A stretch of 61,496 bases of DNA, the filler included, from Choristocarpus tenellus KU-1152 (taxonomy: Eukaryota; Protista; Phaeophyceae): the NCBI GenBank assembly GCA_964200185.2. It is 13 parts of 13 records of this genome, joined end to end, with 100 filler letters (N's around TTAATTAATTAA, not from the genome) between each part and the next. Parts side by side here need not be neighbours in the genome. Positions count along the whole stretch, not along the records: positions 1 to 13,689 come from CAXNAD020001407.1; 12 more parts are not named here. One strand, 5' to 3'. The translations under genes were made by a program, and so were the position numbers. Positions 1-13,789 of the stretch are shown here, in pieces. How positions within the stretch are numbered: the first letter of the stretch is position 1; each line of letters begins with the position of its first letter. Under the pieces are notes generated by a model. It was not told where the DNA came from and ran no database searches. It saw nothing but the letters and a program-made list of their open reading frames with translations.

Positions 1-2089
1 GTCGTCACCTTCCTCCATCACCTCCACAACCCCATCCCCTCCTCCTTATATTTCAATATTACATCTATATTCATATTCATATTGTTCGTACTTGTCAGAA
101 TTCAAGAAACAATCCTCACACTATACGCTGTACAAATGTTCGTATTTCCTGAAACATAAGAAGAAAATGTTCGCGCTATTCGCGTGTAACAAACGCTCGC
201 AGTTCGTTGAAATACAAGAAGAAACGCTCGTGCTATTCGCCTGTAACACACCTTCTCAGTACTAAACAATTGCATGGCGTTTCCCTGATTTCCCAATTTC
301 TCCAGGGCCATGCCTTGATCCATTTCACTACTACTACTATTGTGTTTTCCTGAACCATACCGTTAAGTAATCATGTGTGATACATTATAATAGTAGTTGG
401 TATGTTAATAATCAAAACATGCAATATATAACGGGGAAACAGGGTAGACTCTGAAGGTTTCATTCCAGAGAGAGGTTCAAAACCTTCTTGATTGGTAGAG
501 GCTTGAGGTTATAATCTCAATTGGGTAGATGCTCAAGGTAAAATGGTACGACGATTGGTTCTGTGTTTATACTGGAAGTCGTTGATGATGTTGATTATTG
601 GTAGGGGGTCGACCGAATATATCTACATCACCACAAAAAATATCCATTCACATTGTGCAAAAGATCTTACAAAGTATTTTTGAACATGCAGCACATAGCT
701 CTTTACCCACGTTCGTATTACCAACTTACGCAGGCTAGAAGACCAGTTGGAGTGTATGAACACTTTTTTAAAGGGGACATGGTTGTGTTGTTAGTTTCAA
801 ATACTCTAATATAAGATTTTTTGAGGTCTTCATTGTGATTGATGACAACTCTTGAATTGACAAAATCCCTCTCAATATTATTATTATTGTCTTGTTTGTT
901 CTTTATGTTATACTTCTGGAAAATATTTTATTTTTTTCCCCTTAAAAATTTTACAAATGTGTAGGGTTATGTCATAATCCTTAAAAAAAACAACAGTTCT
1001 GGTAAAAGTGAAAGACATTTTTCTATATACTATTTACTATTTCACTACCACCTACGCTACACCGCTGCCCTCCTGTCCCTTTCAACCTAGCTTTAGTCCT
1101 GTTTCCCAAGGTGAGGAACTAGGGAAGCATCTCAAGAATCTATCAAGCCCCTGCTTGCTCATCTCCCCGGTCTCCCAGCTTAAAACGCATGACACACCTA
1201 GATAGAGGGACTTCTGTTGTGATAGACTATCTGTCATGATGTATGTAGCCAACTTAATAATGGAGAAAACTTCCCCTTCTATACATACCGAAACTTCAAG
1301 GGTCAAAAGAGGCTTGTTATGGCGCATAGTGATTCATAGTATGGGGTAACATATTGACCAATTTTACATTATATATTACCATGCCTTAAAAAGGGTATCC
1401 CCACTGTCTGAAGAGGAGTTCTTTGATTTTGAGAGATTGTTGATCTTGTTGAAAATATAGAGAGATTGTGACCCGCGCCTTTCAGCGCACGATTAATACT
1501 AATAGTTTCAAGATGAGTTAACCATGATCAGGACTCAACCCACACCAAACTCCCCATACGTCGTCTTGATCTAGTTTGTGGTGTCTCGTTCACCCTCTGT
1601 TGCGGGTAGCAGTCTAATATGAAACCTAGACCTCGGCTGGAAGAATGGCGCTCTCAGGTGAAGGAGATACGTGCTCGTGGCCCATATCCTCGCAAGGCGT
1701 TGTCTGCTTACCTGTTTTTTTCGATTGCTAACCGGAAAGACATCCTACGCAAACTCCCTCCAGAGCAGCTCGCTGGCAAGCAGGTGGGGTGACTTAGTGA
1801 AGAGACGTGTAGAAAATATAAAATGTGGGCATAGAGAAAGGGGGCGGAGCCCCTAATCGGAGCCCTGGAATAGATCGCGATCCACCACAGTGTCAGGGAG
1901 GATAGATTCCACTCTGTTAGTCCTCTTAGGAAGAGATGGTTTCCTGGACAAAAGACTTCCCATCCTTAAGTTTTTTCGCGACGTATAAAGGTAGAGGAAA
2001 ATGGGAAGTCACAGGGAGTCACCAAGAAACTTTCCGCCCCAACATTTCCACCACCAGATTAAGCTATAAGTGATTTCTATATTTTAAAG

Positions 2090-4178
2090 ACTCGGTTCTG
2101 TCATCGAAATTAAGAGGATCTCCCACATCAGCGCTGACCTTGACTATGGATATCACCAGACGATTGTGCTGAAGATGTGTGCCAAGCTTTGGGCACAACG
2201 CACTGAAGCGGAGGATCGAAAGTACAAGGAGTTATGGATGCGAGACAAGGCGCGATATGACAGGGAAATGGTAGAATTCAAGAAAGCGCAGGTGCAGCTC
2301 CTTTTACCTTTGATTTGTAGTGCTATTCATTGATATGGGACAAGAAGTCCACTGCACAAGGCATTGTTCCTTTCTCGAATACATGCCCCAATATTAGAAG
2401 CATACTTACATTCCAAGTAGGAGGGTGTCATACAATCCTCCATGTTGCCGCTGTGTGTGGTCACACCCTTCGATCGACCGATTCTTACCTGGTCCTCTTA
2501 ATCCCTGCTCCTAATAGCTTTAAAGAACAGGGTATATTGCAAGAGGAAATGAAACACATATAAGTGTCTGGTGCAAATGCTGGTTGAGATGGATGCCCTA
2601 CAATGCTTGCGTTTGTCCATGTTCAAACGTATGTGTGATGAGTATCGCTAGCATGTTGAATGAAGCACATTTTGAGGATAAGCTGGTTGATTTATGTGAA
2701 GAAATATTTGAGATACTCCATGCAATGTGCCGAAAGTAATTTATGCTTTTCTTCACATCGTGTAAGGATTTGCACAAGATTCGGTAAATGTTGTTAAGAT
2801 TTTGGCAGTGTAAATATTACCGTGCAAATAATTTATGCATATTATTGAATGGGTTAGATTCTAGATGTTCTCTTTGCAAACTCTTGTCATGACAGGATGA
2901 GTCAAGAATCCAATATTTGAGAAATGATAAGCCCACCTCTCTCCCTAGCAGCACATCTGCCTTTAGTGGCAATGTGACTCCAGCATGCGATTCAACAATA
3001 TTTAAGTATTGACAGCGAAAACTAGATAAGTCTGTCTTGCCTCCTCTCTCACACCTTGCTCTCCACAGGATGAAGGCAGAGTATGGATGCCTAAGTCATC
3101 AGATCAGTTAGCAGAGGCAGAGGCCCTTGTGGAGCAAGAAATTGACAGCAGCAATAGTGAAAGCGGTGGCAATAGTGATGATTATGATATTGATGATGGC
3201 ATGGAGGAAGAGGATATGGAGATGGATAACCATGCAGATGGTGATATCACTAGAGGATTGGGAGGGGAAAGTGAAGGTCAAAATGAACCAAAGCAAGCTG
3301 TGAGTAGATTGTCGACCAAGGCTTCAGAAGCACAACCTGAATTTAAGGACAAGGAGCACAAACTGCCAAAGGTCAGTGCAGTAGCAGCACAGGAAGCAGC
3401 AGGAAATGAAGGGTTAAGAACAGAAGAAAAACTGGCAAGTGGTGAGATGGATGGCACAAACAACTTTTTGTCTGGGGGTGGGGTGCTGATAGGGAGAGAG
3501 AGAGGGACAAAAGTAAAGGACAGAATTGGTACAGTAACAGGGAGGCAGGAGGGGATGGGGCAAGAAGGGGTTCCTGTTACCGCTGCTACTGTTAGTGGTG
3601 GGAGCAGGGGTGGTGATTTGGGTAATGTTGCAGCTACCATAGGACATTTGGGGTTAGAGGTGGAGAAAGGAAGAGGAGGAGGAGGAGGAGGAGGACGAGG
3701 AACACGAACAGTACAGCAGGACAAATCCCGTGTTGTGAATGGGTTGGGAGAGGGAGGGGACAAGAAAGAACATAGAAACGACCTGGAGAAGGTAACATCA
3801 TCACCAGTGATACGAGTAATAAGAAATGTACATGATAATGTTAAGCCAACCTCTATGACTCCCAGGCCCAAGCGTACCATAGAAGGCAGAGTGCCCAACA
3901 GTGTCACAAAAGGGGACCAAGGGGAGGTGGTAGAGGGCAACATGTCGGCAGAAAGTGACTGTTTGGAATCAACGAGGGTGAAGGAGGATGCCAGAGGGAG
4001 TGTGGGGGAGGTAGAGGGAGGCAGGGAGGAAAGGATGAATGATATGGAGGCAGCGAGGGCTCATCTGCGTGAGTGTGGACTTGAGAAGGGTGAGGGGCAG
4101 CGGATCGAGGTGCTGTGGAATGTGACACGGAACAAGAAGAAGGAGGCCATGGTAAGAGAGGAGTGCAATGGATTGTAA
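2090..4178 (+). CDS. HMG-box protein, last two exons (2090-2291 and 3069-4178); 5' part not identified
   Basis: Exon 2090-2291 reads LGSVIEIKRISHISADLDYGYHQTIVLKMCAKLWAQRTEAEDRKYKELWMRDKARYDREMVEFKKAQ, which matches HMG-box helices 2-3 (W..LT..E...Y......DK.RY..EM). The GT-AG intron 2292-3068 is phase 0 and joins in frame to the acidic, low-complexity ORF 3087-4178. Confidence 0.75.
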
Positions 4179-6162
4179 TGATTCTACTGTGCCTTGTTTA
4201 ATGTTGGAGTCTGTACAGCAGATGGGTAGGTTTAGGGCTAGGGTAGGTAATGGTAATGCTTAAAGATGCTGTGGTCTAATTTGTAGTAAGTTCAATCATA
4301 CTGAAAGTTCTTGACGTTTGTTGATTTGGGTACGACAAAGACAAAGTATTACTGGTATGTTTTGTGTTGCTAAGCCATGGCAGGAGGAGCAGGGTTAACA
4401 TTATGGTTTGATGGTGGGTGTATTATTACATGGCATATTTCTGGTAGTAGTTAGGATTTGGATATATTAAAGTTGTAATTTCTAGAATGGTGCAGATCTT
4501 ACAAGAACTATGTTGACAGACTTTTTGAGAGTATTTCAAGTTTGGTATTGAAAATTTAGTTACGAGAAAATGAGTTATGTTGGACGTAATTGTTCTGAAC
4601 CCCCGGAAATGATGTTGAATTGATCTGAATTGATGTCACCCCAATTGGAAATGATCTAAGCTGTACAGCGACACCTTGAAAGATGTGTTGAACATCATCT
4701 ATCTTCATGAATGTATTGCTGTATGTAGCGGAGAAATTAAAAAAAAATGTGCTGCATGGACCATGGCTGCACAGATACACGGATCAGACAATCTCGCATC
4801 ACATAAAGCCCATGCCACAAGCTCCAGAATGCCAAATAGGTAGCAACCGATCTCTTCAAAGCAACTCAGAGCAGCCTAGAGGTGTTCAGTGAGAAACCTT
4901 ATTTGGTCACTTCTTACAGTGTGAAATTTCCCCCCCCGAAATCATGCTGCTGGCACTTGGTGCAATATTTCTCAGGCTCTACGTGGTCGATTGTGTTCTG
5001 TTTATTGATTTGACATTGTGGAGCAAGTAACTACACATGGGTGTAATGGTTGCCATATCTGACTTGACGTTCAAAAGCTGATTTTCGAAATTAGTGCATG
5101 TACAATGCAGAGCTGTATGTACCAAGAATCAGTCCAAAACCTGGATTTTCAATATTTTGTAGATATACACCATAGAGCTAGGTATATGCAGCAAGAAGAT
5201 GTCAAAAACACCTAATAGTGTTGGTTGTGTATGCAACTCGATGCTGTATATCCATGAAGAGTTGAAAAACCGGGTTTTGAATGACAAGCCAGATATGGTA
5301 ACCATTGTACACATCTGTAGGTACTTGCTCCATGATATCAAATAAAAAATCAGAACGCGAATCAGTCACATATAGCCTAAGAAAATTGCACCGTTTGACC
5401 GTATTTTCAATTTTTGGGAAACAAATATGTGGCTAGAGTATGAAGCAGCAGCCTTAAGGGCTTTTCTGGAGAGCAATATTTCCTGAGAAATCTATGAGGG
5501 TGGCTTCTTTGTTTTAGTGTGGTACAATTTTCCTGAAACCATAATGCTATGTTCATTCAACACACTTTTCACAGTTAACCGCCTTCAACGCATTGAATTA
5601 TTCTCAGCGACAGGAAGTGTCACATACACCGATCACAATATTCGTTCGAAGCTCTAACTCGTTCAGTCAACCATTTGATTTTTTTTTACCTGATCAACCA
5701 CGATTTAGGAAAAAAAATGACCTCAGATTAAGATCGAGATCGTCAAGATATAGATAACATGTTTATTGGAAAAATAAAATTATATAAAATTGCCAAAGAA
5801 AAGACTAAGATTGGTACTGCGGAGGTGATTGGAAGGTGACTTTCGAAAGTTTTAATGCAAGAAACTATGCCATCAATCTCATGATCTCAACCTATTTCAG
5901 TTAGGCGTTTTCTAAAAAAATGACTGCCCCTGATTCAATCAGTGCATGGTGTTGATCTCATTCGTTCTTGCATGCGGATGTGTGTTGTGTGCTCTGCTGA
6001 ACCTTGTTTGGTGATAAATATAATACGTGTAGTTATGAATTTAAGATTGGCTGCCTGTTGTGGTCCTCTTGCCCTCTTGGTAATTTTTCATACGTTCTGC
6101 TCTGATGTAATTTACAAAATTGAATACCTTTGCTTCTTACGATGGCAACAACCATCTCTCTC

Positions 6163-6200
6163 AGGGTTAGGGCTAGGGTTAGGGTTAGGGTTAGGGTTAG
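6163..6200 (+). repeat. Interstitial telomere-like (TTAGGG)n tract
   Basis: agggttagggctagggttagggttagggttagggttag. Confidence 0.9.
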
Positions 6201-6344
6201 CACAGAGGTTTCTTTGAAATAGGGTATATATACACACTGACAGGTGGATATCTAGAGGCATTTGAGATGATGTTGTGGATTAGTTGTTGATATGGTATTG
6301 GCATGCAAGAGACCGATGGCTGTACATGTGAACTTTCGTGTAGA

Positions 6345-6395
6345 TGTGGAATGTGGAATGTGGAATGAGGAATGAGGAATGAGGAATGAGGAATG
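6345..6395 (+). repeat. 7-bp microsatellite (GAATGTG/GAATGAG)n
   Basis: Direct reading of the tandem units. Confidence 0.85.
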
Positions 6396-8862
6396 CTTGG
6401 GTACAGAGAAATGAGATTACCTTCTCTTATTGAAAACACCTTGTGAAATTGTTTTGCGTGAGTGGTTTGAGCATTTGAACGGAAAGCAAAACATTTATTC
6501 AACCTCCAGGCCTGTCTTAAATGACCTTCTGAACGAAGACAGGCAGAAGAGTTGGATTTTGATTATGGAAACGTGAGATCGACCCCATGAGAATATTTAG
6601 CAAGAAGAAGGAAAAGTGGATGGGAAGTAATTTCCTGTTTATCTGTTTGCCCTCACTTCAACGTAAGAGTCTCTTTGGCCATGGGCAGCAAAATGTGTCT
6701 AAACCCCAATTGTAACCTTCCAGATAAACTTGAAAGTAGATGTTATAAAAAAGCCTAGCACAGAAGCCTTAAAGGTGTGCACTATTGTGGTTTCTGATGC
6801 TATTAGTAGAGGAGAGGATAAGGTTGACTCATGGTTATGTTTCGAAAGGGCATTGATCTTTGGCATTCTCAAGTTGCCATGTAATGCTGCGTGTATATGA
6901 TACTAAGTGCCGTGGATGATTACTCTTTGTTTTTTCTTGGTAATTGATTTCCTACTTTCTTCAATAGATTGAAGTGGGTTATGGTTAGGGTTGAGGTTAG
7001 GGGAAGGAGATTGTAGCATCCTTATTGTGATTTGCATGAACTGTCAGTGTTGGTGTTAGGGTTAGGGCTAGCTCTGCTCTGAAGCCTGTGGGAATGCTCT
7101 TGCGCCATTTGACCTATGATGTTGATGCCCTATTACCATTGATGGCCACATTTTTTTAAGCACTTGTGACTAGGCACACTCTGTCTGATTTTGTTTTGCT
7201 CCAATACACGAGCTTCGTACTCAAAAACTTTTTTTCTAGTGAGCCAAAGAGAGTAGGTATATTCCAGTCGACTATAGTGTGCATTTTTAGGAATACTTGG
7301 TTGCCTTTTAGCTGTACTCTGGGTTTCTCTTTAGCAAATTGTGTGCGTAATGATCTCTTGATTTTTCTGCTTTGCATTTGGGTACATAAGGTGTCAGCCT
7401 GCACTATGCTGATCCTACCTTGGACTGACCTCAGCACTTTGAGGTTAGCTTGTGCAGGATTTGTAGATCATGACCACCTTTGGAGGCAAGGGAGAGCACA
7501 GGCAAAGATTGTATAGGGATGGAGGCTGCTGGTTGTTTTTTCAATTTCTATTCCTAGGGCGATTCTATTGGCTTGTTTTCGTGAATATACAAACCAAAAC
7601 TTGACAGTCGCTATCCACTTTCTTGTTCTTGATCAGTTGCTTGTTTCGTCCCCTCTCCCACCTTTTGTCCAACCATCTGGCCATCAAAAATTGTGTATGA
7701 AATGATGTTGATTTCATGGTTGGTCGGTTGGACAGTGGTGGGGTGGCTGTCTAGGCAAACCAGTCCCTGGGGAAGTGGATGAGGAGGGAAGAGCAGTTTG
7801 GAATATTCGCTATGATGCTCATGGGAACCACGCTGCTGCTAAGGTGTGTATAGATGTTTTTTTGGGATCGTTTCTTTTTGGTAAAGTATTGTCTGTACTC
7901 CACTCTCCATGATGATACAGTGCCTAGTTTCTGTCCTCAACTGTATGTTCATCTTCTTTATGATAGGACAAAGATGAGAACGCGCGCGTGTGTGTGTTGT
8001 CTTCTTGTGTTGGTTCTTGCTTGATCTTGAATGCAATATGTTGCTGATACATGCATCTGACACAAGTTATCCATATATAAACAGATTACTATTTCAATAC
8101 TTGCTTTACAGCTTTAGCTCCAACCTGACACTGACTCGACATTGTGCTAAATAGTATCCAATGGTCATTTTTGGTAAGAATAAAAAGTAGACTCTGGTGC
8201 AAGTTACCAACACTTGTAGTGTTATGTTAACATTCTTGATGTTGAGCAAACTTGTGAAAACTGTTCAATTTTATCGCATTTTTTCTCTGCGCGAAGTTGA
8301 ACGATTGGGAGCTCTTTTTTTAGTTTTTTTCACTTTCTGTTTATACAGACATAAAGATCGACCTTATCCTTTCACATAGCATACATTTTTGTTAATGACA
8401 TCAATTACTCTGAGGGTGTGGTCAAAGGGTAGCACAGAAAAACAATAAACACGGTAATAGAAACAAACGTGCAGGAAGGAGAAAACAAAAAAATCAATGT
8501 AGTAAGAGAAGCACCCAAACCCAAGCACTACTCACTAGTGTCCAATAGTTAGGACAGGACATCATGGGCACTGCCATGCATTACCAAGGTCCAATGTTGA
8601 AGACGAAAAACTCACAGTCTCATCAGGTTTATCTGTCCAACAACACTTGTCACATGTCACAATTGCAAAAAATAATAAACCCACAGAAGATGACCAATGA
8701 GAAAGCAACATCCAACAGACGACAGTGAGTGTGTGTGTGCCCTCATCTGCCTGAACAGCTTTAGCTGCTGTTTGAGATGATGAACTTTGCCTATCGTAGC
8801 AAATTCTTTGGTATGGCAATTGTCCACAAAGTTCTTGTTCCCAAATACCAAAAAACCTTCAT

Positions 8863-9127
8863 GAGGGAAAGTATCTCAGAGGGTACGAGTTTTTTCCTTG
8901 TTTGTCCATTTGGGGCATATGGATTCCCACGGGTTTTTAATGACATTTTACCTACGTCAAAAAGTTTCAGAGTAGGTAAAATGTATACATTATGAAAAGG
9001 TGTGTCTGGAACAAGGATATTGACACTTCCTAACATGATCGCCAAAATTGCATCAAAATTGCAACATTTTACATTGGAATTTGGTCCTCAAATGAACGCG
9101 ACTCTACCTTCCAAGATAGTTTCACTT
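8863..9127 (-). mobile_element. MITE family A (Sola-like non-autonomous element), inverted copy
   Basis: Reverse-complement copy of the ~258-bp element with TIR GAGTCAAAGTATCTTAGAGGGTA; 4-bp TSD TCAT. Confidence 0.85.
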
Positions 9128-9699
9128 TCATTTGTCACTCATCCCCCATGTGTGCAGCTGAAAATGCGAGCAGGAGCCTTTGTTCTCCCTTGATAATTTT
9201 ACACTCAGTGTTCACAAGGGTATCTTTGTAGGATACGATATGATCTAAGATTATAGTAGGGGGTGTTTTTTGTGCAGGCTATCGACTACTCCGGATTGTT
9301 CCTGATGTCCACAACTGTGTATTCAGCAGGATAGGAAGTGGTATGGCATTATGATATTTACCTGTAACATTGTATGTTTTGCTGTACACCGTCAACTGCT
9401 TTGAGTGTAGGCAATTGGTGCTCCCAACTAGACCACATCCCTATTCTAATCACTAGTGTGATTGATGTGTTCCCATTTTTGGAAGGTAATGCAGCACCGG
9501 AGGCGCTTAATATGGTGTCAATGTGATACTCATAGAATGACTGCAAGCGTACATTGCTCCTCTGACTGGGTCACTATGACCACTGCGTTTTTTAAACACA
9601 AATGCGCAAGAGGCAGTTGTGTTATTTTAGGCATTCAATGATTGGAAACAACCTTTTGTTAGTGCCTATGACCCTATCAGCAGTGGATTTGGGTAAGTA

Positions 9700-10750
9700 G
9701 ATTACACGAACTGCGCTAGTAAAGACAGATACCCGCTAGCAGCTCACCCCAAACGGACCTTAAACCGCCTAACACTGTAAAGGTGTGAACCTGTTGATTT
9801 TTTTGTTGGGAGTGTCATAGGGATAGTCAACTCTAGAAATTCTAAAGTATATGATATGCACAAGGGTGAACTCTGGACTTGATGGTGCAGTACGACAGCA
9901 CCTATTTGGTGACCAAAGCAGCAATGGTGATGACCTTGGTGACCTTAATGAGATGCTGTCATGAAGTAGAAGTTTGACACAGGAGTGTCTTCGCTCACAA
10001 GTGAAGTCCACACACATGGCAAGCTTCCACAAAAAGTGACAAAAAATGCACTATTCCAATAGAGATAAAGTGGACCTGACTTGTCGCAAAGGTATATGCA
10101 GTTGGCACTGCAAGTTACCATTGCAGCAATACCAGGTCACAAGTTGTGCCAACTCCCAATTCATTGTTGTCTCAAGTGTGCTGGGTTGATCGCGGATGAC
10201 AAAAGATATTGCGAGGACTATTACCCCAGATACTGATGTGAAGGCATAGACTATTTCAATGAGATTCATCAGCTCTTCCTGCTCCCCATTGATAATCGAG
10301 TGTGCATACTCACCTAAGGTTGTCACCTAAGGTTGTGGAGAGAGGAAATGTTGCAAGCGTTTGTGGAGCCTGTGCTGGCAACCAATCTTCATTGCGTGGA
10401 TCTTCTGTACTGTTTCTTTGGATGATACCAAACTTAAATCCCAAGCTCATTGTGATGTCCACAAACACCCTATAGCTTGGTCAGATCTGCAATATCCATG
10501 AAATGTGTGGGGTGTACATCAAGAACCTAGTGCACTAAATGACCCAACCAACAGAGTGATTCTCTACGTGAGGTAACTCTGACCATGATTCCCCAAATTT
10601 TGTTAACCACACTCTGGCCACTGCTCCCATATGTACCAAGTAGTTTGATGTATAAAGTGTAGGCCATACATATGTTTGTCTGCTGATATGTGCATTAGCA
10701 GTTCTGGCTCTCATCCAAAACGTCTCCTCATGCAAGCTGGCTCGTGCCAA
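9700..10750 (-). pseudogene. Highly degenerate Gypsy RNaseH/integrase remnant
   Basis: Faint motifs across frames: ARVWLTKFGE..PHVENH (RH end), W..LVTWYC...CQ (integrase zinc finger), SPEFT (SD.G.EF-like). Confidence 0.35.
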
Positions 10751-11339
10751 CGACTCTTTCTGAAGAATCCTGATTTTTTTTGTGGGATTAGGGTAAGGAT
10801 TATTCTTTTACAAACCGGATACCCAAGAGCTGGGCCTGCTTCAGACGACTTGAACGAATTGACTTTTTTGACTCTCTTCTGTATTGCGCCACTGTTTGCC
10901 ATATTACACCTCTTGCATTCATATTGTGGGTACTGGCTCTCAATCTTGCATGTGTGCTCAAGCCAACCACATGTGTCTCCCACACGAAGTGTTTTATATG
11001 TGTCTCATGTCAGCTCTAACCAGCTCTACATGTGTTATTATTATGAGACTATTATACTATATGGTAGAACAATGGGCAGAAGTATGCAATTGTAGATAGG
11101 AACTGCCACATGCACCAGAATCTATTACACACAAAAGTACATACCAATTGAATAAGGAGCATTGGCCATTGACTCTCTTTCCCTCATCCGCCAAGTCCAC
11201 ACTGATTGTGATACACATGCTCGATTTTCATGCATCTCGCCCCTCTCTCTGCCATACACTCAATATGTAGAACAACATGAGCGGCAATACTCCATAGTCG
11301 GCGGAGCCTCCCACCTGCTCTGAACCTCACAAGTGATTT

Positions 11340-11700
11340 CACAACATCAGACTAGAGTCAAGCTCACAATAGGTCTTCTTGTCCATGTTGCACTGATTTT
11401 CTTTTTAAGTAGCTGGATGAATATTGACCAGGTGCAGTATTGTTTGTTCCAACGAAAAAGGTACGCATTTTTATTTCCAGTCAATTGCCGCTCATACACT
11501 ATATATATATTGATAGTGTTTTTTGTCATGAACTCATCTTTTTGACTAGGAAGGTGTACCCCACGGTAGTGGTGTGGGGTATTTTCCATTTCTGAACAGG
11601 ACTATGGTCTCTTCCCTCACGAAGTACCCTATGTTAATTGGTACACATGTTTATTGTCGGTGTCAATAATGAATTTTATTCAATTCTGCTTTTGAGGCCA
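11340..11700 (-). pseudogene. Degenerate Penelope-like RT N-terminal fragment
   Basis: FIQLLKKKISATWTRRPIVS resembles the PLE motif F..LPK.HK....RPIVS. Confidence 0.35.
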
Positions 11701-13294
11701 TAGGCTGAACTGAAGTTCATCAGTTGTCTTCAAGACTCATTGATGGCATAAAGGGCATGTTGGAGGGAAGATTGTTGTCATGAGTTTATTGCAGGGTTCA
11801 TGAATAGTCATTCTATGAAAAGACCCTCAGTGTGAAAGTAGTCAGGTTGATGGAGGTTTGTTAAGAATGTAATATATGCATGTGACTTGTTGACATTTGC
11901 TATTTTTTTTGTTTGCCATACTATAGGTTTGGATTGTGCGTCAAGATGCATACTGTTGATGAATACTTTTACTGTTTGTCTTTCATTGTGATTCCTTATG
12001 TTTTGACACAACACCATTTTATCATAGTGCGGAGTATCTTCAGTATTTTAGTTGAATTGGGGGGATGAACAGGCGGTAGGAGTGTTACCAATGACTGAAC
12101 CGGGCTTTTGCTTTTCCTTAAATTCTGACCCAGAGGAAGGTGAGAGTCTGTGACATAAGGAAGCTGACCAATCAGCCCTTTTTACAAGTTGCCTTCAAAC
12201 TGATCAAGAAGTTCCTCTCTAATTTTCTTTTCAACCCTGTCCAACTATTGTGGAAATATGGTTTAACTGCTTGACCTTTTCTCAATTTTTTGATTAAGAT
12301 GAAGCAAAAAATCACTCCTGACCAATCAGGTGTTGTTTTTAAAGTGTTGGTGCTCAAGAAATATCCTGGACATGGATATTTGTGAGTTCTATATTTTGAT
12401 ATATGTAAAGTAATATTTTGATATTTTAAAGTCTAGATTTCAAATACTCATGAAGTCAAAACTTGGTATTTGCGAGGTCAGTTTTGGGCATCAGGGTCAA
12501 AAAGGGTTGAAAATTGTTGAATATTGATAATTGTTGTCTGGTGTACTGTTACCGTTGTTCCTGTTGTCAAAGCATCTATTCTTGTTGTGTCATTAAGAAG
12601 TTCTGCTAACCTTGTCCAAAAATGCATCATTTCAACCAGAAACCAGGTCGCATGTTATTGTCACGACAACTCTTAGTTGTCTAACTTCTATTACCTCACT
12701 CATTGGTATCTCTCAAATTAGAATACTTATAGTGCCATTAGATCTTGACACTTTGAGATGTTTCTGTAGTAATAAAACGTGTCTATACTTCTTGTCTTTG
12801 GATGTTCACAGATACCGAAACTATTGAGAATGGGTTAAGTCGCACATGATATGAACTGTAATGAAACTTATCTGGAATGTGGTTCAATTTAGTGCTAGTA
12901 CCTGAGGGTCTTAATTTTACTTTGTTACACCTTGAAATAGTAGCAAAAAAATTGCATACAAAATATTTTGGATGGCTTTGATGAAAAAGACTTGTAAGAG
13001 TAGGCTCTAGATTGAGTAGGTTGGGGATAATCCCTAACTATCCCGCATTATCTTCTGTACGTACATAGAATAATATTTCAAATCATATTCTCACAAATGG
13101 TCAAGCATAATCTTGACGCATTCCCCTGCTCTGACTATGCAGTGAGAATCAAATCAGTCCAACAATAAATCCCAACTTGAAATCAACTCAATTTGCACAC
13201 TTCGAATCTTATTCCCACACATGGACAAGCAAAATCTTGACACACTCCCCTGCTCTGTCCATACATCATGAATCCAATGAACTCATTCTGCACA

Positions 13295-13689
13295 CTACCC
13301 CTTACTCACAGTGCATGATAGTTCTAGTGTGGAATTTAAAGGCATTACCACTCAAAGCCTTCGTGAACAAATCTCCACGTTGTTCACCGGAGTTTACATA
13401 CACAATCCGTGCCTTCCCCTCCTTCACCAAGTTTCTAACATAATGATATCTAATATCTGTATGTTTTGTCCTACCCCCGAAGCTGTCTTCTTAGCCAACT
13501 TGATTGCTCCACTATTGTCTTCAAGCAATCGTACACAATACTTGTCCATAGTTGGCCCCCCAAAAAATGGACTTGCTGCAAAAACATAACCTCCTTGGTC
13601 AAATCACACAATGACACATCAGCCTCAGTGGTAGATAAAGCAACAGTTTTCTGCATTTTTGACCACCAGCTCACACATGCACCCCCAAA
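13295..13689 (-). mobile_element. Ty1/Copia RNase H 3' end with polypurine tract; 3' LTR begins at 13294
   Basis: SWWSKMQKTVALSTTEA ... DNSGAIKLA ... TKHTDIRYHYVR ... DLFTKAL; PPT TGAGTAAGGGGTAG followed by TG. Confidence 0.85.
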
Positions 13690-13789
13690 NNNNNNNNNNN
13701 NNNNNNNNNNNNNNNNNNNNNNNNNNNNNNNNNTTAATTAATTAANNNNNNNNNNNNNNNNNNNNNNNNNNNNNNNNNNNNNNNNNNNN
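13690..13789. other. Artificial contig linker N44-TTAATTAATTAA-N44. Also at 17167, 20794, 24913, 29303, 33786, 36999, 42797, 45901, 50966, 54399 and 57364.
   Basis: Twelve identical 100-bp spacers with a six-frame stop cassette. Confidence 0.97.

Noticed and set aside
700-1410. Penelope-like RT remnant (VIDD, KGYP)
   Set aside because: The motifs are too short and in inconsistent frames to support a call.
3278-3943. 221-aa minus-strand ORF
   Set aside because: Antisense shadow of the purine-rich HMG terminal exon.
8777-9193. Recurrent short ORFs such as LGSVNILVPDTPFHNVYILPT in several places
   Set aside because: These are translations of non-coding MITE A copies.
13734-13745. TTAATTAATTAA as a biological motif or piggyBac target site
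   Set aside because: It is always centred in N-runs and is an artificial linker.
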